Source of the DNA: an uncultured Clostridia bacterium
Lineage (GTDB): Bacteria; Bacillota; Clostridia; TANB77; CAG-508
Direction: 5' to 3'
NCBI GenBank assembly: GCA_934149275.1
Contig: CAKPEG010000006.1
Coordinates: 8,001 to 72,000 of the forward strand
Length of the DNA stretch: 64,000 nucleotides
Both the position numbers and the translations under genes were made by a program. The stretch's first letter is position 1, and the number at the start of each line of letters is the position of its first letter. This document shows positions 21,069 through 32,837 of the stretch, in pieces. The notes beneath the pieces are model-generated. The model worked only from the letters and a program-made list of their open reading frames with translations, was not told the DNA's origin and made no database searches.

Positions 21069-22058
21069 TTATTTTCTATCTAAATTATCAAGATTATCCA
21101 AAGCTTTACCTGTTCCTAAAGCAACACATGAAACTGCATCTTCAGCAATCATAACATTAATGCCAGTTCTTTCTTGAAGAAGCTTGTCCAATCCATCAAT
21201 CAAGCAACCTCCACCAGTCATATAAATTCCTCTATCACTAATATCAGCTGCAAGTTCGGGTGGCGTTTTTTCTAAAACTGAATGAACTGCATCAACAATC
21301 ATATTTACAGGTTCATCTAAAGCTTCCATCATTTCACTTGAATGAACAGTTAATGTTTTAGGAAGACCAGTTATTAAATCTCTTCCTCTTATATCCATCT
21401 CAACATCTTGAATCTTAGGGTAAACACAACCAACATTAACTTTTAAATCCTCAGCTGTTCTTTCACCTATCATTACATTATATTTTCTTTTAATAAATCT
21501 AACAATTGCCTCATCAAATTTATCACCAGCTACTTTTATTGAAGTGCTAACAACAGAGCCACCAAGAGAAATAACAGCAATATCAGTAGTTCCACCACCT
21601 ATATCAACAATCATATTTCCACATGGTTTTGAAATATCTATTCCAGCTCCAATAGCAGCAGCAATTGGTTCTTCAATCAAATATACTTTTCTTGCTCCAG
21701 CATTTGAAGCAGCATCTATAACAGCTTTTTTCTCAACCTCAGTTACCTGAGATGGTATACAAATCATTATTCTAGGAGCAAATAAAAATTTTCCTCCTAT
21801 TTTATTTATAAAATATTTTAACATTTTTTCTGTAACAGTATAATCAGAAATAACGCCATCTCTTAATGGTCTTGTTGCAATTATATTTCCTGGTGTTCTC
21901 CCAAGCATTCTTCTTGCTTCATGTCCAACAGCTAAAACCTCTCCAGAAGTACTATTTACAGCAACTACAGATGGTTCCCTAAGTACAATTCCTTTTCCTT
22001 TTACATACGCTATTACTGTAGCAGTTCCTAAATCTATACCTATATCTTGTCCAAACAT
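21069..22058 (-). CDS. mreB: rod shape-determining protein MreB/Mbl
   Basis: Motifs IGIDLGTA, REPSVVA and VDIGGGTTD. Confidence 0.9.
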   Translation of the reverse strand: MFGQDIGIDLGTATVIAYVKGKGIVLREPSVVAVNSTSGEVLAVGHEARRMLGRTPGNIIATRPLRDGVISDYTVTEKMLKYFINKIGGKFLFAPRIMICIPSQVTEVEKKAVIDAASNAGARKVYLIEEPIAAAIGAGIDISKPCGNMIVDIGGGTTDIAVISLGGSVVSTSIKVAGDKFDEAIVRFIKRKYNVMIGERTAEDLKVNVGCVYPKIQDVEMDIRGRDLITGLPKTLTVHSSEMMEALDEPVNMIVDAVHSVLEKTPPELAADISDRGIYMTGGGCLIDGLDKLLQERTGINVMIAEDAVSCVALGTGKALDNLDNLDRK

Positions 22059-22294
22059 CAGAATCTTCCTTTCTCATTTACATATTCTTTACAAAGCTGT
22101 TACGATTATATTACACTTCATTTAAAATTTCAATTACTTTGAGCATATTTTTACCCATCTAATTTTTAATAATCTTCAAACATTAGTCATACTCTATAAT
22201 TCCCCTATTCAAAATTTATTTTATTGCTTTTTTTAAAAAATTATTCCAATTTGAGGCAAAAATTAAAACTTCATTGAAAATATAGCACTTTTAT

Positions 22295-22469
22295 GAGATA
22301 ATAGTAATATCGTAACTAGAATAAAAGTGAACTATTGTGAAATAATAGCATATCATAACTAGAATAAAAATGAACTATTATGCGATAATAGCAATATCAT
22401 AACTAGAATAAAAGTGAACTATTATGAAATAATAGCAATATCATAATCAGAATGAAAATGAACTATTTA
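22295..22469. repeat. tandem repeat, 4 copies of a 43-44-bp unit
   Basis: Unit g[ac][ag]ataatagcaatatcataactagaataaaagtgaactattat repeated head to tail at 22295, 22339, 22382 and 22426. Confidence 0.9.
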
Positions 22470-22581
22470 CAATACCCATCATAACATTTTATAGTCTGTT
22501 ATATTAGTTTACTTTCAAGACTGATTTTTCAATTTCTTTTACAAACATTTCTATTATAAAATAAAAGGAAAGGATTTTATA

Positions 22582-24918
22582 ATGCAAACAACATACTTAG
22601 AAAAATTAGAATTTAATAAAATTAAAAATATATTATCATCTTATGCTAAAACTAATAACGGCAAAAAAATGTGCTTAGACTTATATCCATCAAACAACAA
22701 AGAAAAAGTACAAAAAGCATTAGACGAAACAACCGAAGCAGTCGCACTTATATATAGGAAAGGAAATCTTCCTTTAGAAACAATAGGCGATATTTCAACT
22801 TACATATTAAATCTAAAAAATCAAAATTTCTTATCAGCAAAAGCCTTATTAGAACTTGCCACTCTATTAAAAACAAGTAAAACATTAAAAAACTATTATT
22901 TTGAAAAGGAACTAAATCAAACTGATAGCCTAACAAATTATTTTGATCATTTATATACTAACCCAAGCATTGAAGAAAAAATATTCTCAGCAATAATAGA
23001 TGAAAACACTTTCGATGATAGAGCATCTAATGCCTTATATAAAATAAGACAGCAAATGAGAAACACTAAAAAAGAAATAAAAAATAAATTGCAATCACTT
23101 CTAAATTCAAAATATTTGCAAGAACCAATAGTAACAATTAGACAAAACAGATTCGTTGTACCTGTTAAATCAGAATATCAAACAGAAATAAAAGGATTTA
23201 TCCATGACACATCAAGCACAGGTTCAACAGTATTCGTAGAACCCATATCTGTTTTTGATTTAAACAACCAACTATCAGAATTAAAAAATCAAGAAAATAT
23301 AGAAATTGAAAAGATATTGCAAATCCTATCTTCTCTATTTTTCGATATTATAAATGAATTAGAAAATAATTTTAATCTAATAACAATTTTAGATTTCATT
23401 TTTGCAAAAGCAAAATATTCAAAAGAACTAGATTGTAACTGTCCAAAAATAAATGATGATAAAATAATTTATTTAAAAAACGCAAAACATCCTTTATTAG
23501 ATCAAAACATCGCTGTTCCAATAACATTAGAAATAGGTAAAACATTTTCAAGTCTACTAATTACAGGACCAAACACAGGTGGGAAAACTGTAACACTAAA
23601 AACTGTTGGGTTATTAACAACTATGGCACAAAGTGGTATGCACATTCCAGCTTCTAGTGAAAGTTCAATTTATTTATTTGATAATATTTTCGCAGACATT
23701 GGAGATGAACAAAGTATTCTTGAATCTTTAAGTACTTTCTCATCTCATATGACTCATATTATAAATATTTTAAATGAAGCAACTTCAGACAGTTTAGTAC
23801 TTGTAGACGAATTAGGTTCTGGAACAGATCCAATCGAAGGTGCAAGCTTAGCACTTAGCATACTAGAATATTTAAAAGAACATAACATCACCGTATTAGC
23901 AACTACACACTATCACGAATTAAAAGAATATGCTCTCTTAACAGAAGGTGTTGAAAATGCTAGTTGCGAATTCAACTTAGAAACGCTTTCACCTACATAC
24001 CGCTTATTAATTGGTGTTCCAGGTAAAAGTAATGCTTTTGCAATAAGTCAAAAACTAGGTTTAAAGCAAGAAATCTTAGAAAATGCTAAAAAAAGTATTA
24101 ATTCTGACACAGCTAAAACAGAAGATTTATTAAAAGAAATCTATGATTCAAAAGCTTTAATAGAATCTGAAAAAGAAAAAACATTACAATACTCAAATAA
24201 AATTGAAAGATTAAAGCAAAAACTAGAAAATGAAACAACAGACTTAGAAGAACACAAAAAAGAATATTTACAAAAAGCCAAACAAGAAGCTCGTGAAATT
24301 TTACTAAGTGCTAAACAAGAAGCAAACGACATCATAAAAGAAATGGAATCAGAAAAAAATAATTCTAAAAATCTTAACACACTAAGAAACAAACTAACAT
24401 CAAAATTACATGAAGTAAATCAAACACCTGAATCACCCCTAGAAGAAACACAAAAAATAGATGAATCACAAATAAAACCAGGAGCAATAGTATTTGTACC
24501 AAAATTTAACAAGAATGGAACAATTTTAAGTTATCCAAATCAATCTAAAAAATTTAACATACAAATTGATAACATAAAAACAACCTTAACCCCATCACAA
24601 ATAACAATTGCAAAAAATATAGAAGTCAAAAAAGAAATAATAACTAAAAAGCATTCAACATTTGCGCCTAAAAATGTTAGAACAGAATTAAACGTAATTG
24701 GAATGAACATTGAAGAATCAATTTTTCTTGTAGATAAATTTTTAGATGAAGCAGCAGTAGCAAAACTAGAAACAGTTAGAATTGTACACGGAAAAGGTAC
24801 CGGTATCTTAGGAAAAGGAATTCAAAAATACTTAAAATCTCATCCACACGTAAAAAGCTACAGATATGGAATTTTTGGAGAAGGTGAAATGGGAGTTACA
24901 ATAGTTGAATTAAAATAG
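22582..24918 (+). CDS. mutS2: endonuclease MutS2
   Basis: Walker A GPNTGGKT, DELGSGTD and a C-terminal Smr domain (VRIVHGKGTGILGKGIQ). RBS AAAGGAAAGGA. Confidence 0.92.
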   Translation: MQTTYLEKLEFNKIKNILSSYAKTNNGKKMCLDLYPSNNKEKVQKALDETTEAVALIYRKGNLPLETIGDISTYILNLKNQNFLSAKALLELATLLKTSKTLKNYYFEKELNQTDSLTNYFDHLYTNPSIEEKIFSAIIDENTFDDRASNALYKIRQQMRNTKKEIKNKLQSLLNSKYLQEPIVTIRQNRFVVPVKSEYQTEIKGFIHDTSSTGSTVFVEPISVFDLNNQLSELKNQENIEIEKILQILSSLFFDIINELENNFNLITILDFIFAKAKYSKELDCNCPKINDDKIIYLKNAKHPLLDQNIAVPITLEIGKTFSSLLITGPNTGGKTVTLKTVGLLTTMAQSGMHIPASSESSIYLFDNIFADIGDEQSILESLSTFSSHMTHIINILNEATSDSLVLVDELGSGTDPIEGASLALSILEYLKEHNITVLATTHYHELKEYALLTEGVENASCEFNLETLSPTYRLLIGVPGKSNAFAISQKLGLKQEILENAKKSINSDTAKTEDLLKEIYDSKALIESEKEKTLQYSNKIERLKQKLENETTDLEEHKKEYLQKAKQEAREILLSAKQEANDIIKEMESEKNNSKNLNTLRNKLTSKLHEVNQTPESPLEETQKIDESQIKPGAIVFVPKFNKNGTILSYPNQSKKFNIQIDNIKTTLTPSQITIAKNIEVKKEIITKKHSTFAPKNVRTELNVIGMNIEESIFLVDKFLDEAAVAKLETVRIVHGKGTGILGKGIQKYLKSHPHVKSYRYGIFGEGEMGVTIVELK

Positions 24919-25073
24919 AACAAAAGCGGACTATTTATAACATTTGTACCGATTATAACATTTTCAAGTCCGCGTCTTTGTTCGCGCGCGAAATTTGCTT
25001 TGCAAATTTCTGTGCATTGTTATTTTATATAATAGGAAGTTCGAAGAACTTTCCTATTATATAACAAAAATGT
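24918..25073. repeat. Family A three-hairpin intergenic repeat, copy A2
   Basis: Module gaacaaaagcggac...gtccgcgtctttgttc, then gaaatttgc/gcaaatttc, then ttatataataggaagttc/gaactttcctattatataa. It starts at the mutS2 stop codon. Confidence 0.8.
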
Positions 25074-25267
25074 CACTTATAGTAGAAATAATTTAAAACT
25101 AATCCCCTACATTAGTGACATTTTTTATTTGCAATACTTCCTTCCTCATTCAATAATCTATTATATCGAAAAATATTTATCAAAATTCACTTACCGACTT
25201 TAAAACATTATAATACACATATTTTATAAAGTTTTCTTTCTAAAACTTCTTTGAGGTATTTTCAAAA

Positions 25268-25936
25268 TTACATTTTTCTAAATACACCTGCAACCTTACC
25301 TAAAATCTTGCAATCAGGAACAATAATTGGATCCATTGTAGAATTTTCTGGTTGTAATCTAATATGGTCTTTTTCTTTATAGAAAGTTTTAACAGTAGCT
25401 TCATCTTCAATTAAAGCAACTACAATTTCCCCATTCATTGCAGTATCTTGCTTTTTAACTAAGATATAGTCCCCATCAAGAATTCCAGCTTCTATCATAC
25501 TCTCTCCTCTTACAGTAAGCATAAAGCTTTCTGAATTTCCAACAAAATCAATTGGAATTGGGAAAGTATCAGTAACATTCTCAACAGCTAAAATTGGAGC
25601 ACCTGCTGTAATCTTGCCTATTACAGGAACCTCAACAAGTTCTTTCTCTGTGTAAACATCTTTATTTCCAGGAGTAAATGTTTCTTGATTTTCTAAAGCT
25701 CCTCCCTTCAATAATTTAAGAGTTCTACCTTTTTGTTGTTCTTTTTTAATATATCCTTTTTCTTCAAGTTGGTTTAAATATCCATGAACTGTTGCAGTAG
25801 ATTTTAAGTCAACAGCTTTACCAATCTCTCTAACAGATGGTGGATATCCTTTTAATTTTATTTGTTTTTCAATAAATCTAAGAATAGCTTTTTCTCTTTT
25901 ATTTAGTCCGTTTGGATCTTTTTTCTTCAATTTCAT
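25268..25936 (-). CDS. lexA: LexA repressor
   Basis: N-terminal winged HTH ([19 protein letters not shown]) and C-terminal S24 peptidase motifs ([20 protein letters not shown]). The upstream part of the tracked ORF (TTG at 25990) is the promoter -35 box. The start is uncertain by a few codons (ATG 25936 or TTG 25930). Confidence 0.9.
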   Translation of the reverse strand: MKLKKKDPNGLNKREKAILRFIEKQIKLKGYPPSVREIGKAVDLKSTATVHGYLNQLEEKGYIKKEQQKGRTLKLLKGGALENQETFTPGNKDVYTEKELVEVPVIGKITAGAPILAVENVTDTFPIPIDFVGNSESFMLTVRGESMIEAGILDGDYILVKKQDTAMNGEIVVALIEDEATVKTFYKEKDHIRLQPENSTMDPIIVPDCKILGKVAGVFRKM

Positions 25937-25961
25937 CACTCCTATTTTTTTCTTGTTCAAG

Positions 25962-26000
25962 ATAATATCACATAACTTTTTGTTTGTCAAACAAAAGTTT
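25962..26000 (-). promoter_or_regulatory. lexA promoter (TTGACA-17-TATTAT) with overlapping AAAC-N4-GTTT palindrome
   Basis: The minus strand reads aaacttttgtTTGACAaacaaaaagttatgtgaTATTAT. The dyad AAACTTTTGTTT overlaps the -35 box. Confidence 0.5.
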
Positions 26001-26155
26001 CATTTTTTATTTATTTTTCTCTGTTACCTTTTTGTTACATGAATGTAAATTTGTAATCAAAATATAATCTTAATGATATCTTATTTTGTTGAAAAATGGT
26101 AAATTAAATATTATAATTTCAATATATAGTATTTTATAATATTTAGGAGAAAAAA

Positions 26156-27028
26156 ATGGATTTTACAAAAGATATTTATATTAATAAAGATAAGATTCGC
26201 GAAGATGAAGATTTTGTTATTTTATACAAAGGCTTTCTATTTTCAAACAATCTAACAAACGATGTTTATGTTTCATATGGTTATGGTAACATGTGGGAAA
26301 ATAAAGATGAAAAGAAAATGAAACCATCTACTTTTGGTTACCTTGCAACTATAGATGTTGGATCTGGTGATAACCTACAATTTGTTTTCAGAGATGATAA
26401 TGGAAATTGGGATAACAATAATTCACAAAACTACATTCTTCCTATTGAAGAAAGTCAAGAAATTTTATCTTTTAAAACAATAGCAGATACAAGTAAAGAA
26501 GTTAGCTTTGAAGCAGCTGAACAAACTGAACCTACTACTGTTGAAGAAAAAGAAGAAATATTTGAACCTGCAGTTGTCAATTCAAATTCTTTTGATTTAT
26601 ATAAAACTGTAGATTTAGAAAATTTAAACAAACAAGCCATTCCAAATGATACAATAATCACACAAATTAGTTTAAATGAAAAAAATGAAAATGTTGTTTC
26701 TAAATCAGTAATAAAATCAGAAACACCTGAAGTAAAAAAAGCTGTTTCTTTTGAAGAAATAACTGGTGCATCTGTAAATGATGCAGTTAATACAGTTGAA
26801 GAAAATAATACAGCTACAAGCAGCAAATTAAATGTTAATACAACAGTAAACAGCGTTCCAGATGTTGTAGAAAACATTGAAGAAAAATCAATGACAGTAA
26901 AAAAAGAATCTACATTAGAAAGAACTCTTTCTCTATTTGAATCAGTTGTTAAAAATGTAAAAGTAGCTTTTTCAAAATTAGTTAAACTAGTAAAAACAAG
27001 TCTAAACTTAAACGAAGAAGATGAATAA
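26156..27028 (+). CDS. protein with N-terminal carbohydrate-binding-module-like domain (CBM25/53-like) and acidic low-complexity tail
   Basis: The motif FRDDNGNWDNNNSQNYILPI resembles starch-binding CBMs. RBS AGGAGA. Confidence 0.4.
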   Translation: MDFTKDIYINKDKIREDEDFVILYKGFLFSNNLTNDVYVSYGYGNMWENKDEKKMKPSTFGYLATIDVGSGDNLQFVFRDDNGNWDNNNSQNYILPIEESQEILSFKTIADTSKEVSFEAAEQTEPTTVEEKEEIFEPAVVNSNSFDLYKTVDLENLNKQAIPNDTIITQISLNEKNENVVSKSVIKSETPEVKKAVSFEEITGASVNDAVNTVEENNTATSSKLNVNTTVNSVPDVVENIEEKSMTVKKESTLERTLSLFESVVKNVKVAFSKLVKLVKTSLNLNEEDE

Positions 27029-27032
27029 AAAA

Positions 27033-27066
27033 AAAGCCAATTTGTTTTATACAGATTGGCTTTAAA
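27033..27066 (+). terminator. Rho-independent terminator
   Basis: Stem gccaatttg/cagattggc followed by ttt. Confidence 0.6.
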
Positions 27067-27190
27067 AAATATTATATTTAATTTCTTAGTTTTTTGCTAA
27101 AAGATTTTATCGCCCACTAAACTTCGTTTATTCGGCCTGATTAAAAACTTTCAAACTACGCGTCACTCAAAAATTAAATATAATATTTTT
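27064..27190. repeat. Family B MITE-like palindromic element, copy B1 (core type, inverted relative to B2)
   Basis: Perfect 20-bp terminal inverted repeats aaaaatattatatttaattt/aaattaaatataatattttt. The interior matches the B2 core (tttgagtgacgcg.agtttgaaagttttt, actaaacgaagtttagt). Confidence 0.8.
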
Positions 27191-27345
27191 CTCTTCTTCA
27201 AAAGATTATTTATATTGTTTTTTACTCATCTTCATAAAATATATAAGTATAAAAAAAGATAGCGGTTATGAAGTGAACCCTCCTTGTTAAACTTTTTTGT
27301 CTAACAATTTTGATTAATTTCATAACTACTATCTTTTTTACATTA

Positions 27346-28629
<1,284 letters not shown>

Positions 28630-29646
28630 TTACAACTCCTCAAAATAATCTAATTTCATAGCCTTTTTAACTTTTTTCATTGTCTCTTGTGCCTTAGCTC
28701 TAGCTTTCTTTGTACCTTCAATTAAAATTCTATCAACTTCCTCAGGGTGAGCTTCATAATAAGCACGCTTTTCTCTAATAGGATTTAATCTGTTATTAAT
28801 GTTATGTGCAAGTTGTTTTTTGCAAGCAACACATCCTCTTTGACCAGCTCTACACTCTGCACAAATCTTCTCACACTCTGCTTTATCTGTAAATAAATTA
28901 TGATAATAAGCAACCATACATACATCTGGATTTCCCTTATCATCTTTTCTTATTCTATTAGGATCAGTAACAGCACTCATTACTTTTTTATTAACTTCTT
29001 CTTCAGTATCTGAAAGATAAATAGCATTTCCTAAAGATTTACCCATTTTTTCGTTTCCATCTAAACCTTTAATTCTTTTATTTTCTGATAAAACAACTTT
29101 AGGCTCTCTTAAAACTTCACCATAAATGCTATTAAATTTACGAACAATCTCTCTACATTGTTCAATTAATGGTTCTTGATCCTCACCAGTTGGAATAACT
29201 GTAGCATCAAAAGCAGTAATATCAGCAGCTTGGCTAACTGGATATCCTAAAAAGCCATATGTAACACTCTCTCCAAAAATTTCTCTTTTTTGAGCAATCT
29301 CTGTTTTAACAGTAGGATTTCTTTCCAATCTAGCAATTGTAACCAAATTAGAATAGTATACTGTAAGCTCTGCAACTTCTGGAATCATAGATTGCAAATA
29401 AATAGTTGCCTTATTAGAATCAATCCCAACAGACAAGTAATCCATTACAACCTCTCTAACATTTTTTCTAACCTTTTCAGGATTATTAAAATTATCAGTT
29501 AAAGCCTGAACATCAGCAACAAGAATATAGCACTCATCATATTCATCCTGCATCTTTACTCTATTTATTAAAGAACCTAAATAGTGACCAATGTGAAGTC
29601 TACCAGTAGGTCTATCACCTGTTAACATTATTTGTTTATTATTCAT
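28630..29646 (-). CDS. trpS: tryptophan--tRNA ligase with Cys-rich (putative Fe-S) insertion
   Basis: HIGH motif (HIGHYLG), KMSKS-like KMGKS and six Cys between residues 243 and 275. Confidence 0.92.
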   Translation of the reverse strand: MNNKQIMLTGDRPTGRLHIGHYLGSLINRVKMQDEYDECYILVADVQALTDNFNNPEKVRKNVREVVMDYLSVGIDSNKATIYLQSMIPEVAELTVYYSNLVTIARLERNPTVKTEIAQKREIFGESVTYGFLGYPVSQAADITAFDATVIPTGEDQEPLIEQCREIVRKFNSIYGEVLREPKVVLSENKRIKGLDGNEKMGKSLGNAIYLSDTEEEVNKKVMSAVTDPNRIRKDDKGNPDVCMVAYYHNLFTDKAECEKICAECRAGQRGCVACKKQLAHNINNRLNPIREKRAYYEAHPEEVDRILIEGTKKARAKAQETMKKVKKAMKLDYFEEL

Positions 29647-29929
29647 ATTAATACTCTCCTTTATTTAATAATTATATTTTTCTTAAAAATTAAATAAAAG
29701 GCGCCATCGTTTTTCATTACTTAATAACATTTATATAAACCTCTCATGCATAAATATTCTATATTATACCTCATTTGCAAAGATTTTACAATACCCATCT
29801 TCTTTGTCAAATTCTGTATAATTTTTTAATTCTATTTCTACTTTACTATATGAAAACATCTTTAAATCTGAGTAATTCAATAACATTTTATTTTACAAAA
29901 GTTATTCAAAAAATTTACATTAAAATTCT

Positions 29930-30439
29930 CTACATTTTTAAAGCTTTCTCATAATCTTCTCTTCCAAAATTAATATTAGGTATAATTTCATTATTATTAA
30001 ACATCTCAATAAATTCATCTATTGTTACCCATTTAAATTCAGTTGACTCACCATCTGGGAAAGTAATTTCTTCTTCCTTTATATCTCTTCTAAAAAGCCA
30101 CATATCCTTAATATCAGCAACTTCTTTATCTCTAACAATCTCTTTTAAAAGTACCGCTTCTTTTTCTGAAAACTCAACGCCTATTTCTTCTTTAAGCTCT
30201 CTTATCATCCCTTGTATACTCGTTTCACCTTTAAGAATAGAACCGCCATTGCATTCCCATAATCCGCCATGTCTCTTATGTTCAGCTCTTTTTGTTATTA
30301 AAATCTCGCCCTTACTATTTATAATAATCCCTGTCACAACTATATGATATTCACCTTTCTTAAACTTGTATACACCTCTTTCTGCAACTATACCAGTCTT
30401 ATTTTTCTTAGCATCATAAATATCCCAAAACTCTCCCAT
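29930..30439 (-). CDS. NUDIX hydrolase
   Basis: Complete Nudix box GSILKGETSIQGMIRELKEEIGV (GX5EX7REUXEEXGU). Confidence 0.85.
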   Translation of the reverse strand: MGEFWDIYDAKKNKTGIVAERGVYKFKKGEYHIVVTGIIINSKGEILITKRAEHKRHGGLWECNGGSILKGETSIQGMIRELKEEIGVEFSEKEAVLLKEIVRDKEVADIKDMWLFRRDIKEEEITFPDGESTEFKWVTIDEFIEMFNNNEIIPNINFGREDYEKALKM

Positions 30440-30589
30440 TTACTCCTCCTTCTATTTTATTTTTCTCTTCTCCAATCACACAATAATATTTTACAATATA
30501 AAAATAAAGACTTCAATAATCTCTGGTTTGCATTTTATGTAAACGCATGCTATAATATATTTGCATAAAATTTTTTAGGAGGTGGCTCT

Positions 30590-30769
30590 ATGAGCAAACA
30601 TCATGATACTTGTAATTGTGCAGAAAAATGCGCAGAATGCAAATGCAACCCGTCCACCAAAGATGATTTCAAACCTTACTTTGGAAGTTATCCATTTGAC
30701 CTGGAAGAAAGAATCAGTGATTTCATTGACTCCCAGCCAAGGATTAGATCTTCAAAGCAGGAAGTATAA
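30590..30769 (+). CDS. unannotated 59-aa Cys-rich small protein
   Basis: Hand translation gives MSKHHDTCNCAEKCAECKCNPSTKDDFKPYFGSYPFDLEERISDFIDSQPRIRSSKQEV. Strong RBS AGGAGGTG 6 nt upstream and an extended -10 TGcTATAAT at about 30549. It falls below the 60-aa cut-off of the ORF track. Confidence 0.6.
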   Translation: MSKHHDTCNCAEKCAECKCNPSTKDDFKPYFGSYPFDLEERISDFIDSQPRIRSSKQEV

Positions 30770-30802
30770 TACAATCATCTTTAACTTAAGGAGGTAAACT
30801 AT

Positions 30803-31273
30803 ATGGCAAAAGCAATAGAAAGGCTCGAAATTGATGAGTTACGGGATAAGTTAACAGCTTTCCTTAACAAAGTCGGAATATCCGGCAGTGCAGATGTAAA
30901 TTTGAATAATGAAGATGATTACTATACAGTAAAAATCGGAAAACATACCTTTATTGGCTTTTATCCACAAGAAAATAACATCATCTTTACACTGCAAATT
31001 GTAAACTCAAGCAAAGAACTTCCAACCGGCATAGAAGTTGACTACATTGAAGCATTTGTTTTCACTGTAAAAGACTTCATTCCTTCAGAATTCATCATCT
31101 ACCAATGCCCACAGTCACAGACATACTACATCAATGATGGTGAAAAATTCAAAAAAGGAATGCTACTTTACGAAACCGCTTGCCCATTCTCAGGTGGAGT
31201 ATCCACAATGGAATTTGCCAAGCCAGTTTTTGAATCAGAACTCATTGATTTTGATTTACTGAAAGAATTTTAA
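30803..31273 (+). CDS. hypothetical protein
   Basis: 156-aa ORF with RBS AAGGAGG, 33 nt after the small Cys-rich ORF. GC content is higher than in the neighbours. Confidence 0.6.
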   Translation: MAKAIERLEIDELRDKLTAFLNKVGISGSADVNLNNEDDYYTVKIGKHTFIGFYPQENNIIFTLQIVNSSKELPTGIEVDYIEAFVFTVKDFIPSEFIIYQCPQSQTYYINDGEKFKKGMLLYETACPFSGGVSTMEFAKPVFESELIDFDLLKEF

Positions 31274-31300
31274 AGCCCATATAGGCACATACCTATAACA

Positions 31301-31345
31301 AAAACTCTCCATGGCCTAATCAGCCGTGGAGAGTTTTCCTTTTAT
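31301..31345. terminator. bidirectional terminator between convergent genes
   Basis: Stem aaaactctccatgg/ccgtggagagtttt with flanking T-rich sequence. Confidence 0.7.
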
Positions 31346-31454
31346 AACTTAGATTTTAATTTTCCCTTCATCTCAGGTCAATATAAAATTTAAACTTCTC
31401 AACTTAGTTCAGTAAATTAGAACTTAATCTTTTCCTCAACCTAAATCCGTATAA

Positions 31455-32837
31455 TTAAAATTTAATTTTATCAGAAATCCAAGCTTCAAGTTCATCAATT
31501 TTAACTCTAACTTGTTCCATTGTATCTCTATCTCTTATAGTTACTGATTCATCTTCTAATGTATCAAAATCAACAGTTATACAATATGGTGTTCCTATTT
31601 CATCTTCTCTTCTATATCTCTTTCCTATACTTCCAGCTTCATCGTAATCACACATAAATGATTTAGCCAATCTTGAATAAACTTCTTGAGCTTTATCACT
31701 TAATTTCTTAGATAAAGGTAATACAGCAACTTTGTAAGGAGCCAATGCTGGATGTAATTTTAATACAGTTCTAACATCACCTTCAGCAACCTCCTCTTCC
31801 TCATAGCTATTACATAAGAAAGCAAGTAAAACTCTATCAGCCCCCAAAGATGGTTCAATAACATATGGTACATATTTTTCATTTGTTTCTGGATCTTGAT
31901 ATGATAAATCTTGTTTTGAATGATTCATATGTTGAGTCAAATCATAATCAGTTCTATCAGCAATTCCCCATAATTCACCCCATCCAAATGGGAAAGCAAA
32001 TTCAATATCTGTTGTTGCTTTACTATAGAATACTAATTCCTCTGGAGAATGATCTCTTAATCTGATATTTTCTTTTTTCATACCTAAATTTAATAACCAG
32101 TTCTCACAATAATCTTTCCAATATTTATGCCATTCTAAATCCGTTCCTGGTTTACAGAAAAATTCAAGTTCCATTTGCTCAAATTCACGAGTTCTAAATA
32201 TATAATTTCCTGGTGTAATTTCATTTCTAAAAGCTTTACCAATTTGAGCAATACCCATTGGAATCTTTTTACGAGATGTACGTAATACACTCTTAAAATC
32301 AACAAATATACCTTGTGCAGTTTCTGGTCTTAAATATACAGTTGATGTTGAATCCTCTGTAACACCCTGAAATGTTTTAAACATTAAATTGAATTTACGA
32401 ATATCAGTGAAATTAGTTTTTCCGCATTTTGGACATGGAATTTGATTCTCATTAATAAAATCTATTAATTGTTTATCAGTCATTCCATCAGCAATCATAT
32501 CCTTACCTTGATCATGAGCCCATTCTTCAATTAATTTATCAGCTCTATGTCTTGTTTTACACTCTTTACAATCTATTAATGGATCTGAAAATCCACCAAC
32601 ATGTCCTGATGCTACCCAAGTTTCTGGATTCATTAAAATTGCAGCATCTAATCCAACTATATTAGGTTGTTCTTGAATAAATTTCTTTCTCCAAGCAGCC
32701 TTAATATTATTTTTTAATTCATTTCCTAAAGGTCCGTAATCCCAAGTATTAGCCAAACCTCCATAGATTTCTGAGCCAGGATAGATATATCCTCTACTCT
32801 TACATAAACTTACTAATTTGTCCATTGATTCTACCAT
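31455..32837 (-). CDS. glyQS: glycine--tRNA ligase (single-chain GlyQS type)
   Basis: Motifs [17 protein letters not shown] and GADR, with a class II anticodon-binding C-terminus. RBS GAAGGAGGA. Confidence 0.95.
   Translation of the reverse strand: MVESMDKLVSLCKSRGYIYPGSEIYGGLANTWDYGPLGNELKNNIKAAWRKKFIQEQPNIVGLDAAILMNPETWVASGHVGGFSDPLIDCKECKTRHRADKLIEEWAHDQGKDMIADGMTDKQLIDFINENQIPCPKCGKTNFTDIRKFNLMFKTFQGVTEDSTSTVYLRPETAQGIFVDFKSVLRTSRKKIPMGIAQIGKAFRNEITPGNYIFRTREFEQMELEFFCKPGTDLEWHKYWKDYCENWLLNLGMKKENIRLRDHSPEELVFYSKATTDIEFAFPFGWGELWGIADRTDYDLTQHMNHSKQDLSYQDPETNEKYVPYVIEPSLGADRVLLAFLCNSYEEEEVAEGDVRTVLKLHPALAPYKVAVLPLSKKLSDKAQEVYSRLAKSFMCDYDEAGSIGKRYRREDEIGTPYCITVDFDTLEDESVTIRDRDTMEQVRVKIDELEAWISDKIKF

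Noticed and set aside
22295-22469. CRISPR array
   Set aside because: The units are contiguous with no unique spacers, are not palindromic, and no cas genes are present. The same applies to the 123-bp repeats at 32931..33299.
26455-26877. Tracked 140-aa antisense ORF, and similar antisense ORFs (for example 13818..14171, 17288..17575, 38660..38953, 39556..39759, 39711..39896, 33563..33838)
   Set aside because: They lie fully inside or against better-supported genes on the opposite strand, lack RBSs and have low-complexity translations.
29647-29929. T-box leader upstream of trpS
   Set aside because: No GGTGGTACCGCG-like T-box sequence or Stem I motifs are present. Only a sigma-A type promoter and a short leader are visible.
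30603-30797. Tracked 64-aa ORF
   Set aside because: It has no RBS and overlaps, in another frame, the 59-aa ORF that has a strong RBS and promoter. It is probably spurious.
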